A stretch of 38,907 nucleotides of DNA. It comes from Candidatus Eiseniibacteriota bacterium. GTDB taxonomy: Bacteria; Eisenbacteria; RBG-16-71-46; DASYSL01. Below the pieces are notes generated by a model, which saw nothing but the letters and a program-made list of their open reading frames with translations, ran no database searches and was not told the DNA's origin. Positions 1-8,669 of this stretch are shown in pieces. How positions within the stretch are numbered: the stretch's first letter is position 1; the number at the start of each line of letters is the position of its first letter. The position numbers and the translations under genes were made by a program. The stretch is taken from contig JBKJJJ010000024.1 of NCBI GenBank assembly GCA_046598045.1, forward strand, positions 1 through 38,907, read 5' to 3'.

Positions 1-1836
1 GACGCCGCTCGCGAAGACGCGCGTGATCGGGCTGCCGGTGATGAACGCGACATAGTCGAGGAAGTGGCAGACCTCGCCCAGGATGCGCCCGCCGCCCTGC
101 GCCGGATCCTGGTACCACGACTCGCGGCCGAGGAAACCCGCGTTGACGCGATAGGACACCACGAGCGGGCCTTCGCCGTGCGGGAAGTGGGCCTGGAGCT
201 TTTGCGAAAGCGGTGCGAAGCGGCGGTTGAACCCGACCAGGAGCGGCGCCGGGCGGCCGGTCGCGGCTTCGACGTCGCGCGCGGCCTGCGCGACGCGCGC
301 CATCTCCTCCGCGGTGGTCGCCAGCGGCTTCTCGACGAACACGGCCTGGCCGGCCTTCAACGCGCGCTCGGCGAAGTCGGCATGCAGGTGGTGCCGCGTG
401 ACCACGAACACCGCGTGGGTGGCGGGATCCGTGAACAGTTCCTCGGCGTCCGAGGCGCAGAACGCAAAGCCGAACTTCTCCGCCGCACCGCGCGCGGTCA
501 GGCCGCTCGCGGTCACCACGCCGGTGAGCCGCACGTCCTTGCGCGCCTTCAAGTGCGGCAGCAGCATCGAGGTCGCGAAGTTGCCCGCGCCGACGAAGCC
601 GATGCCGACCGGGTCGGCTGCCGCGCGCGTGCGCACGAGGGGCGCCCCGCCATTGGTCGAGGGCGCCGCGCCCTCGGGCCTGAGCGCAACCCGTCCTGCC
701 GGCGCCGGCTCGTCCGGGTAGGTCAGCACGATGCCGAGGTAGGCCTCGGTCGCCTTGCCCGTGATCAGGCCGTACGCGCGCTCGGCCTCGCCGAACGGCA
801 CGCGGTGCGAGATCAGGGGATCGACCAGGACGTGCCCGGACTCGACGAGCCGGAGGAACTCCTCCATGTTGCGGCGCTCGGTCCAGCGCACGTAGCCGAG
901 CGGGTAGTCCACCCCGCGCTCCTCGTAGGACGGGTCGTAGCGCCCCGGGCCATACGAGCGTGACAGGACGAGCGACAACTCCTTGTCGTAGTACGCGCGG
1001 TGCGGCAGGTCCATCTTCGTAATGCCGACGACGACCACGCGCCCGCGGTCCCTGCACAGTTCCCCGGCGAGCGTGACCGGGCCCGATGACGACGAGGCGG
1101 CGGTCACGAGCACGGCGTCCGCGCCCCGGCCGCCGGTCGCAAGCCGCACCGACTCGCGCACCTCGACGTCGGCGCCGATCAGCACGCGATCGCAGCCCAT
1201 CGCGAGCGCGAGCGCGGCGCGCGAGGGATCGAGCTCGACGCCGATCACGTGCGCGCCGCTCTGCTTGAGGAGTTGCACGGTCAGGAGGCCGACCAGCCCG
1301 AGGCCGATCACGACCACGTCCTCGCCGAGACGGATCTCGCCCTGGCGCACGCCCTGGAGCGCGATCGCGCCGAGCGTGGTGAACGCGGCGCGGTCGAACG
1401 GGGTCTCCGTTGCCATGCGCACGACGAGGTTCTTCGGCACGTACGCGACGTCGGCGTGCACCGCGTAACCCGCGCCCGCGCACGCGACGCGGTCGCCGAC
1501 CTGGAACTCGGACGCCTCGCGCCCGACTTCGAGCACGACCCCCGCGCTCGAGTAACCGAGCGGCGTGGGCGTGTCGAGCTTGTTCATGACCTTCTCGTAG
1601 GTCTGGAGCAGGCCCTGCTGGCGCACGGTCTCGATCACCTTCTTGACCTGGTCGGGGCGCTCCATCGCCTTGCCGAGCAGGTTTTTCTTCGCGACGTCGA
1701 CCTTCATCTTCTCGGTGCCGGCGGAGATCAGCGACGCTCGCGTCGCGACCAGGACGCCGCCCGCGCGCAGCGCGGGGCGCGGCACGTCGGCCAGGCGCAA
1801 GTCGCCGGTCTTGTAGTTCTGCAGGACTTGCTTCAT
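1..1836 (-). CDS. Bi-domain oxidoreductase (Zn-ADH-like N-terminal + Gfo/Idh/MocA C-terminal), 3' end outside window
   Basis: Hand translation from ATG at 1836: MKQVLQNYKTGDLRLADVPRP...SLISAGTEKM...PTPLGYSSAG, later GLGLVG, SRSYGPGRYD and GAGNFA; typical of polysaccharide loci. ATGA overlap with upstream gene. Absent from the ORF track because it has no stop in the window. Confidence 0.88.
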   Translation of the reverse strand, partial: MKQVLQNYKTGDLRLADVPRPALRAGGVLVATRASLISAGTEKMKVDVAKKNLLGKAMERPDQVKKVIETVRQQGLLQTYEKVMNKLDTPTPLGYSSAGVVLEVGREASEFQVGDRVACAGAGYAVHADVAYVPKNLVVRMATETPFDRAAFTTLGAIALQGVRQGEIRLGEDVVVIGLGLVGLLTVQLLKQSGAHVIGVELDPSRAALALAMGCDRVLIGADVEVRESVRLATGGRGADAVLVTAASSSSGPVTLAGELCRDRGRVVVVGITKMDLPHRAYYDKELSLVLSRSYGPGRYDPSYEERGVDYPLGYVRWTERRNMEEFLRLVESGHVLVDPLISHRVPFGEAERAYGLITGKATEAYLGIVLTYPDEPAPAGRVALRPEGAAPSTNGGAPLVRTRAAADPVGIGFVGAGNFATSMLLPHLKARKDVRLTGVVTASGLTARGAAEKFGFAFCASDAEELFTDPATHAVFVVTRHHLHADFAERALKAGQAVFVEKPLATTAEEMARVAQAARDVEAATGRPAPLLVGFNRRFAPLSQKLQAHFPHGEGPLVVSYRVNAGFLGRESWYQDPAQGGGRILGEVCHFLDYVAFITGSPITRVFASGV

Positions 1837-3275
1837 GGGACCTCGGAATGGGCCCGTGCGAGGTCCGCCTGGACCTCGTCCGGGATTCGCTGTTCGACGA
1901 ACTTGAACTTGCCACGCCCCGTCAGGGGCAACTCGTCCACGATCTCGACCCGGAAGCGCACCGCGTCCGCGGCGCGCAGCCCGTACTCGCGCTCGATCGT
2001 CCGCGCATCCCCATCGTTGAACCCGGGACCGGGAACCACGAGCACGATCGCCTCACCCACGCGCTCCTGACGGATCCGAAAGCGCATCACGCGATCGAAT
2101 GCCGGGCTGTGCGTGTTGAGCGCGGTCATGCTGAACACGATCCCGCGGTCGCCGAAAACGCGCTCGCCATGCCAGCGCCCCTCGATGTCTCTCACCCTTG
2201 GGTACGGGCGGCCACACTCGCACGGCCCATCCACAAGCGTCGCGACATCATCCGTGGCATAGCGCAGGAACGGCATGACGCGATTGAGGAAGCCGGTGCC
2301 GACGATCGTGCCGCTGCCGCCGGGCGCAACTGCATTGCCCGCGTCGTCCACCACCTCGAGCACGCCGTACTCGGGATAGATGTGATAATCGTCGTTGCGC
2401 TCGCAGCCGCCGCCGAGCAGGCACTTTTCGCTGTGTCCGTACCAGGCGAAGACCTTCGCGCCGAACGTCTCGGCGAGCAGCGCGCGCTGCGCGGGGTAGA
2501 CGTTCTCCGACCCGAGCAGCACCGCCCGGAAGGAAGGGCGCTTTGCCATGGGCACGTCGCGCAGGAGCCGCGCGAAGTGCTCCGCCGCCGAAGGATACGC
2601 GTGCAGGAAGGGAGGGCGGTAGCGTTCGATTTGCTCGAGGTATCGGGGCAGCGTCGTCGCCGAGAGCCGGAACGTCGAGAGTACGAGTTCGTCGAGGAGC
2701 GGGCGATAGGCATGGATGCGGTCGTCGCCGCCCTCCCCCACCACGACGCCGCGCAGGACCGCGCGCCGCGAACCCGGCCGGTAGCCCACGCGGCCCCAGT
2801 GCCAGGTCATGAACGCCCACTCCTGCGACGAGCGCCCGCGGTCGATCAGGAACTTGAGCGGCTCGCCCGAGGTGCCGCCGGTCGAGACCTGTTCGCGGGC
2901 GGACGCGGGCACCCCCTCGGCGAGCAGGTCTTGGGCGCGCTCGCGCAGGATCTCCTTGGTCAGGAGCGGCAGCAGCTTGAGGTCCGCCGCGCCCCGGATG
3001 TCCCCGGGCTCGAGGCCGCGTTCCCGGAAGACCTCGCGATAATACGGCACCCGCGCATGCGCCCATTGGACCAACTCGCGAACACGCCCGTCCTGCCAGG
3101 CGCGGAGCTCCTCGAGCGGCATCCGTTCGGTGCGCGCAAGCAGGGAGCGCGTCGCGCGGAACGTCCGGCCATAGAGCCACGGACGCGGCACGAACGCGAC
3201 CGTCGACTCGATCGCCTCGCGCGCGGGCGCGGGCAGGGCCTCGAGCACGCGGCGCGCCTCGGTGGCGACGCCCAT
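1833..3275 (-). CDS. Phenylacetate-CoA ligase family / CapK-like adenylate-forming enzyme
   Basis: C-terminal part of ORF 1833..5432 from MGVATEARR; motifs VPYYR, LPLLTKE, STGGTSGEPL, WYGHSE, MPFLRYATDD, GKFKFV; TGATG overlap with upstream stop. Confidence 0.85.
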   Translation of the reverse strand: MGVATEARRVLEALPAPAREAIESTVAFVPRPWLYGRTFRATRSLLARTERMPLEELRAWQDGRVRELVQWAHARVPYYREVFRERGLEPGDIRGAADLKLLPLLTKEILRERAQDLLAEGVPASAREQVSTGGTSGEPLKFLIDRGRSSQEWAFMTWHWGRVGYRPGSRRAVLRGVVVGEGGDDRIHAYRPLLDELVLSTFRLSATTLPRYLEQIERYRPPFLHAYPSAAEHFARLLRDVPMAKRPSFRAVLLGSENVYPAQRALLAETFGAKVFAWYGHSEKCLLGGGCERNDDYHIYPEYGVLEVVDDAGNAVAPGGSGTIVGTGFLNRVMPFLRYATDDVATLVDGPCECGRPYPRVRDIEGRWHGERVFGDRGIVFSMTALNTHSPAFDRVMRFRIRQERVGEAIVLVVPGPGFNDGDARTIEREYGLRAADAVRFRVEIVDELPLTGRGKFKFVEQRIPDEVQADLARAHSEVP

Positions 3276-5557
3276 CAGGCGACCTCCGAGCGGGCGTGGG
3301 GCGTGGCGCCCTCGCGATGCACGGGCATCGTGTCGCGCGATTCCGCGGGCGGTTTGGTGGTCGACAGCATGCGCTGGTAGACGAGGTCGAGCCGCTCGGC
3401 GAAGCGCGGCAGGTCGAAGTCGTTCGCCCGCTCGCGCGCGCGCACACCGAGATCGCGCGCCAGCCGCGGCGATTGCAGGATGCGCAGCACCGCCTCGGCG
3501 ATCGCCGCCGGATCCTGCGGGGGAACGATCAGGGCCTGCTCGCCGTCGCGCACGGCGTCGAGGATGCCGCCCACCGGCGTGACCACCGAGGGCAGCCCTG
3601 CGGCCATCGCCTCGAGCAGGCTGATCGGGACACCCTCGATGTGCGAGGGCAGGACGAACAGCGTGGCTTCGGCGAGCAGGCGGCGCTTCTCCTCCAGCTC
3701 GACCCAGCCGGGCAATTCGACGAGGTGCCCGACGCCCGCTTCCTGCGCGGCGTGGCGCAGCGGCGCGACGTCGCCGGCGCCCGCGAGCACGAGCCGCGCG
3801 CGCGGGAACGCGCGCGCGACGCGCGGCCAGGCCCGGATGAGGTCGAGCGCGCCCTTCCGCTCGAGCAGGTCGCCGAGGAACAGCGCCATCGGCGCGCCCT
3901 CCGGCGAGGCCTCGCCGAGCTCGCGCGCGAAGCGCGCGCGTGCGAGGTCGGCGTAGCGCGCGACCTCGACCGGGTTCGGCATGACCTCGATGTTCGCCTT
4001 CGGGAACATCGCCGAAAGCCGGCTCGCCCAGCGCGGCGACAGGCAGAGCACGACCGGGTGCGCCTCGATCATCCAGCGCGCGATGTGCTGCACGGGCCGG
4101 GGAGCGCGGCGCACGAACTGGTCGAAGCCTCCGCCGTGGACGTGCACCAGCACCGGGACGCCGCGCACCCGGCACATCATCCCGACCACGACCTTGCGCA
4201 CGAACGATCCGCCCGAAGCGACCTTGACGTGCACCAGGTCCGGGCGCTTGAAGATCATGGCCCCGCCGAGCAACAACAGCCCGTGCGCCGCGCGGTACAG
4301 GCGGCCGAGCATCGAGCCCGGCGCGTGGGTCGGCACCATCGAGATGCGGTACTTGCGCACGATCGGCGAGACCGCGATCTGCCGAGCCACCGCGGCCACG
4401 CCGCCGCGCGAGGTCGGGCTCGGCGAGACCAGCCAGACGCGCGGCGCGCGCACGGAGACCTCGCTGAGCACCTGCTCGAGCTGGTCGGTGATCGTGGCCC
4501 AGGAGTGCGCCTCGGCCCCGGCGCGCGCGGCATGGGCGGCGCGATCGTGCTCGGCGCGGTTCGCCGGGTCGGCGAGCGCCGCGAGCGCCCCCGCGAGCGC
4601 GTCCGGATCGCCGGGCGGCACGAGGCGCCCGCCGGCGCCGACGAGCTCGTCCATGCCGACCAGCGACGTGGTCACCACCGGCACGCCATACGCCATGGCC
4701 TCGAGCAGCGCGTTCGGCAGGCCCTCGCCCTCGGTCGAGGGCAGCACGATCGCGCACGCCCGGGCGTAGTACTCGGGCAGGTGTGCGCGGTCGACGAAGC
4801 CCTCGAAGCGGGCGTCCACGGCGAGCGCCTGCGCCTTCGCCTCGAGTAGGGCGCGCTCGGGCCCGTCGCCCACGATCCACAGGGTCTTGCGCACGGCCGC
4901 GGGCATGCGCGCGAGCGCCTCGAGCAGGACGTCCACGCCCTTGTGCGCGATCAGCCGCCCGACGTAAACCCAGTCGTCGCCGCCCGGGACCACCTGCGGC
5001 GGCAGGTCCACGCCGTTTCCGATGACGTCGATGCGTTGCCCGATACGCTCGGAGCGCAACGGGTCGCGCGCCGCAACCTGGGCGACCAGGCGCTCGCGGT
5101 GACCCATACTCTGCACCAGGTTGCGCCGCGCCTGCCGCCACGCGAAGACCGACGGCTTGAACAGGTGCGGATAGCGGTCGAACCGATACTCGTTCTCGCC
5201 GCGCACCCACACCACCGAGGGAATGCCGAGCAGCACGTCGGAGAAGCCCGCGATCCACCCGCTGGCGAACGTCTGGAACGCGAGCACGACATCGGGCTTC
5301 GCCTCGAGTCCACGCAGAGCGTTGAGCGTGGCGGCGAGGTCGAGCAAGGTGCGCGCGGGGCCCGACAGCGCGATCGGCGTCCGGACGATGGTAAAGCCGT
5401 CTCGCGTCTCGCGTGCCGCGCGCCCCGGCCATCGGCGCGTGATCACGGTGATGCGGTGACCGCGCGCGGCGAGCGCCGCGGCGAGCCGGTCCGCCTGACG
5501 CTCGGCGCCGCCGACGTCGTGCGGCGGGAAGCGGCCGATCAGGATCGCGACGTTCAC
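3275..5557 (-). CDS. Tandem double GT4 glycosyltransferase (760 aa)
   Basis: GTG start (VNVAILIGRFPPHDVGGAERQ) overlapping the asnB stop; two EX7E motifs (PSTEGEGLPNALLEAMA, PSHIEGVPISLLEAMA). Confidence 0.88.
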   Translation of the reverse strand: MNVAILIGRFPPHDVGGAERQADRLAAALAARGHRITVITRRWPGRAARETRDGFTIVRTPIALSGPARTLLDLAATLNALRGLEAKPDVVLAFQTFASGWIAGFSDVLLGIPSVVWVRGENEYRFDRYPHLFKPSVFAWRQARRNLVQSMGHRERLVAQVAARDPLRSERIGQRIDVIGNGVDLPPQVVPGGDDWVYVGRLIAHKGVDVLLEALARMPAAVRKTLWIVGDGPERALLEAKAQALAVDARFEGFVDRAHLPEYYARACAIVLPSTEGEGLPNALLEAMAYGVPVVTTSLVGMDELVGAGGRLVPPGDPDALAGALAALADPANRAEHDRAAHAARAGAEAHSWATITDQLEQVLSEVSVRAPRVWLVSPSPTSRGGVAAVARQIAVSPIVRKYRISMVPTHAPGSMLGRLYRAAHGLLLLGGAMIFKRPDLVHVKVASGGSFVRKVVVGMMCRVRGVPVLVHVHGGGFDQFVRRAPRPVQHIARWMIEAHPVVLCLSPRWASRLSAMFPKANIEVMPNPVEVARYADLARARFARELGEASPEGAPMALFLGDLLERKGALDLIRAWPRVARAFPRARLVLAGAGDVAPLRHAAQEAGVGHLVELPGWVELEEKRRLLAEATLFVLPSHIEGVPISLLEAMAAGLPSVVTPVGGILDAVRDGEQALIVPPQDPAAIAEAVLRILQSPRLARDLGVRARERANDFDLPRFAERLDLVYQRMLSTTKPPAESRDTMPVHREGATPHARSEVA

Positions 5558-7485
5558 GAGGCGGCGCCTGCGGCGGACAGCTCGCGCGCCACCAACGGCG
5601 GCGGCGCCGCGGGGAGCTCGGGTGCCTGGTCGAGAAACGCGCGGGCCCACATCTCGAACACGATCAGCGCCCACATCAGGCGCCCCGCGCGCGTATCGGG
5701 CGACGGCCCGGTCGCGCGCGCGACCAGCTTCGCCACGGCGCCCTCGTCGAACACTCCGCGGCTTCGGATCGACGCCGGCGAGAGCACGTCGCCGAGCACG
5801 GTCCCGAAGCGGTCGCCGAACCAGTGCTTGAGCGGTACCGCAAAGCCCTGCTTGCCGCGCGAGAAGATCGGCGCCGGCAAGAGGTCCCGCGCCGCGTGCT
5901 TGAGCAGCGCCTTCGACACCCCGCCGCGCAGCTTGTAGTCGAACGGCAGCGTGGCCGCGAACTCGACCAGCTTGTGGTCGAGCAGCGGCACCCGCACCTC
6001 GAGCGCGTGCGCCATGCTCATGCGATCGACCTTCGCGAGCACGTCGTCGGTCATGTAGGTCGTGAGGTCCAGGTGGAGCAGCGCGCGCAGGTCCGACGGG
6101 GCGAACCCGGCCGCATGCGCGCGCAATCCCGCGAGCGGGTCGTGCCCGTTCGCCGCGGAGCGCAGGTCGGGCGCGAGCAGCGGCCGGTAGGTGTTCTTGT
6201 CCGCGATCGCCATCACGCGCACGTGGCGCTCGATCGCGTCGAGGCCGAGGCGCTCGAAACGCGATGCCCACTTGCCCGGTGCGATCGCGCCCGCGGTGGC
6301 CGCGAGCCGGCGCAGCCCGCCCGGCAGGCGGTCCACCTGCGCGTAGGCCTGCGCAAGGCGGTAGGTCTCGTAGCCGGCGAACGTCTCGTCCCCACCGTCG
6401 CCCGAGAGCGCGACCGTCACGTGCTGGCGGGCCATCTCGCTCACCGCCCACGTCGGCAGCGTCGAGGTGTCGGCCAGCGGCTCGTCGAGGTGCCAGACCA
6501 GCGACGGCAGGATCGCGAGCGCGTCGGGCTGGACCACGAACTCGTGGTGCTCCGCGCCGATGTGGCGCGCGACCTGGCGCGCAAACGCGGTCTCGTCCTC
6601 GGGCGCGCCCTCGAAGCCGATGGTGAAGGTCTTGACCGGCCGGTCCATGAGGCGCGCCATCAGCGCGCACACGATGCTGGAGTCGATCCCGCCCGAGAGG
6701 AACGCGCCGAACGGCACGTCGCTCATGAACCGCAGGCGTACGGACTCCTCGAGCAGGCGGCGCAATTCGACCGCGGCATCGTCGAACGACAGGCTCGTCG
6801 TCTCCCCCGCCGGCGGCGACCACCATCGGCGCTCCTCGACGCCCCTGGGCGTGACGATCAGCATGTGCCCCGGCGGCAGCTTGCGGATGCCCTCGATCAT
6901 CGAGCCCGGGGAGGGCACGTACTGCAGCGCGAGGTAGTCCTCGAGCGCCGCGGCGTCGAGCTTGCGCGGGCAGTCGGGGTCGGCGAGCAGCGACTTCATC
7001 TCGGAGGCGAAGGCGAACGTCCCGTTCTTCGCGCGCCAGTAGAGGGGCTTGATGCCGAGCCGATCGCGCGCCACCAGGAGCGTCTTCTGCTTCGCGTCCC
7101 AGATCGCGAACGCGAACATGCCGCGCAGCTCGTGCACGACGTCGAAGCCCGTCTCCTCGTAGAGGTGGATCAGGACCTCGGTGTCGGTGTGGCTCCTGAA
7201 GCGGTGGCCCTTCGCCTCGAGCTCGCCGCGCCGATCGAGCACGTTGTAGATCTCGCCGTTGAACGTCAGCCAGATCGAGTCGTCCTCGTTCGGCATCGGG
7301 TTCCGGCCGGCCGGGGACAGGTCGACGATCGAGAGCCGCCGCTGCGCCAGGCCGACCGGGCCCGACACGTACAGCCCCGAGTCGTCCGGGCCGCGATGGG
7401 TCAGGAGCTCGTTCATCGCCGACAGCAGCGTCGGATCGACCGCGCGATCATTCTGGAAGTGGTAGAGGCCCGTGATGCCGCACAT
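5554..7485 (-). CDS. asnB: Asparagine synthase (glutamine-hydrolysing)-type amidotransferase, polysaccharide-associated
   Basis: N-terminal MCGI, HRGPDD, RRLSIVD, FNGEIYN, LSGGIDSS, SGDGGDE, KVDRMSMAHALEVRVP. Confidence 0.93.
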   Translation of the reverse strand: MCGITGLYHFQNDRAVDPTLLSAMNELLTHRGPDDSGLYVSGPVGLAQRRLSIVDLSPAGRNPMPNEDDSIWLTFNGEIYNVLDRRGELEAKGHRFRSHTDTEVLIHLYEETGFDVVHELRGMFAFAIWDAKQKTLLVARDRLGIKPLYWRAKNGTFAFASEMKSLLADPDCPRKLDAAALEDYLALQYVPSPGSMIEGIRKLPPGHMLIVTPRGVEERRWWSPPAGETTSLSFDDAAVELRRLLEESVRLRFMSDVPFGAFLSGGIDSSIVCALMARLMDRPVKTFTIGFEGAPEDETAFARQVARHIGAEHHEFVVQPDALAILPSLVWHLDEPLADTSTLPTWAVSEMARQHVTVALSGDGGDETFAGYETYRLAQAYAQVDRLPGGLRRLAATAGAIAPGKWASRFERLGLDAIERHVRVMAIADKNTYRPLLAPDLRSAANGHDPLAGLRAHAAGFAPSDLRALLHLDLTTYMTDDVLAKVDRMSMAHALEVRVPLLDHKLVEFAATLPFDYKLRGGVSKALLKHAARDLLPAPIFSRGKQGFAVPLKHWFGDRFGTVLGDVLSPASIRSRGVFDEGAVAKLVARATGPSPDTRAGRLMWALIVFEMWARAFLDQAPELPAAPPPLVARELSAAGAAS

Positions 7486-7499
7486 GGTTCGTCTTCCCT

Positions 7500-8669
7500 T
7501 CAGCCCGTGCCGGTCGCGTCGAGCGCCCGGCGCGCGGGCAGAGCGAGCCCGAGCGCGTCCTCGAACCCACGCGCGACCACATCGGACGCGTGCTGGCGCA
7601 GCACGTAGTCGCGCGCGGCTGCGCCCAGCGCGCTCCTTTGCGCCGGATCGTACATGAGTCCGCGAATCGCCTCGATGAATTCATCCTCGTCGTCCACGCG
7701 TTTGCCCGTGCCGTGGGCGCTCACCGCCTCGTCGGGATCGACCACGCTCACGCTCGGCACACCCAGGGCCCACGCCTCGAGCAGGGTATTCGGGAATCCT
7801 TCCGCCGGCGACGTATGGACGAACAGCGCCGCGCGCTCGAGCAGGCCGGACACGCGGTCCGGCGACACGAACCCGGGCATCTCGACGTTCGGCAGGCGGG
7901 CCGCCTCCGCCCTCGCCTGCGCGAAGTCGCGATCGCTCATCGGCGGCGGTGGCGGCCCGCCGGCGAGCACGAACGATGTCTCCGGCAGTGCGCGGGCGGC
8001 ATCGAGCACCCAACCCGGTCTCTTATCGGCCTTGACGGTGCCGAGCCACACCACCCGGTCGGCCCCGGCCTCGGGACGCGGGTCCGCCGGCACCTCGATC
8101 ACGTTCTTGACGAGCGCCGCCTCGATCCCGAAATGAGTCCGCAGCGACGCCACCTGGAGCGCGCTCTGCGCGAGCACGCGGTCGGCGTGCCGCAACCCCC
8201 AGAGGTAGAACCAGCGGTCGCGCGCGTTCGTCAGGAACGGGCTCTTGGGCTTGGTGTCGAAGTCATGGGCGCAGGCGAACACGAACCGCCGCCCCCGCGC
8301 GCGCGCCCACATCGCGCACTGGCCTGTCAGCGCCCCGGCCGTGCGCTGGTAGACGAGGTCCGGCCGGACGCGCTCGAGCGCCGCGATGATCCCCGACCAA
8401 CGCGGGTGGAAGAAGCGCAGCCCCGGCACGCCGGCGTAGGGCGCATACGCGCGCTCGACCGTGACCCCGTCGATCTCGACACGCTGGGCCTGCCCGAAGT
8501 CGGCGGTGATCATCCACACGTCGTGGCCGCGCGCGGCGAGCACGCGCGCGAGCCGCGCCTGCTGCATCTCGGCGCCCCCCACGTAGCCGAACGCCCCGGC
8601 GTCAGAGGCGGTGCCCGCGAGCGCGGCGTAACCGTAGGGCACGACGAACACGATGCGCGGGCGGCTCAT
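7500..8669 (-). CDS. GT4 glycosyltransferase
   Basis: ATG at 8669 (MSRPRIVFVVP) in ATGA overlap; GGAEMQQ and TSPAEGFPNTLLEAW motifs. Confidence 0.88.
   Translation of the reverse strand: MSRPRIVFVVPYGYAALAGTASDAGAFGYVGGAEMQQARLARVLAARGHDVWMITADFGQAQRVEIDGVTVERAYAPYAGVPGLRFFHPRWSGIIAALERVRPDLVYQRTAGALTGQCAMWARARGRRFVFACAHDFDTKPKSPFLTNARDRWFYLWGLRHADRVLAQSALQVASLRTHFGIEAALVKNVIEVPADPRPEAGADRVVWLGTVKADKRPGWVLDAARALPETSFVLAGGPPPPPMSDRDFAQARAEAARLPNVEMPGFVSPDRVSGLLERAALFVHTSPAEGFPNTLLEAWALGVPSVSVVDPDEAVSAHGTGKRVDDEDEFIEAIRGLMYDPAQRSALGAAARDYVLRQHASDVVARGFEDALGLALPARRALDATGTG

Noticed and set aside
3276..6826. Apparent giant fusions 1833..5432 and 3275..6826 in the ORF track
   Set aside because: The N-terminal extensions are off-frame shadows of upstream genes; real starts are at 3275 and 5557 at stop/start overlaps
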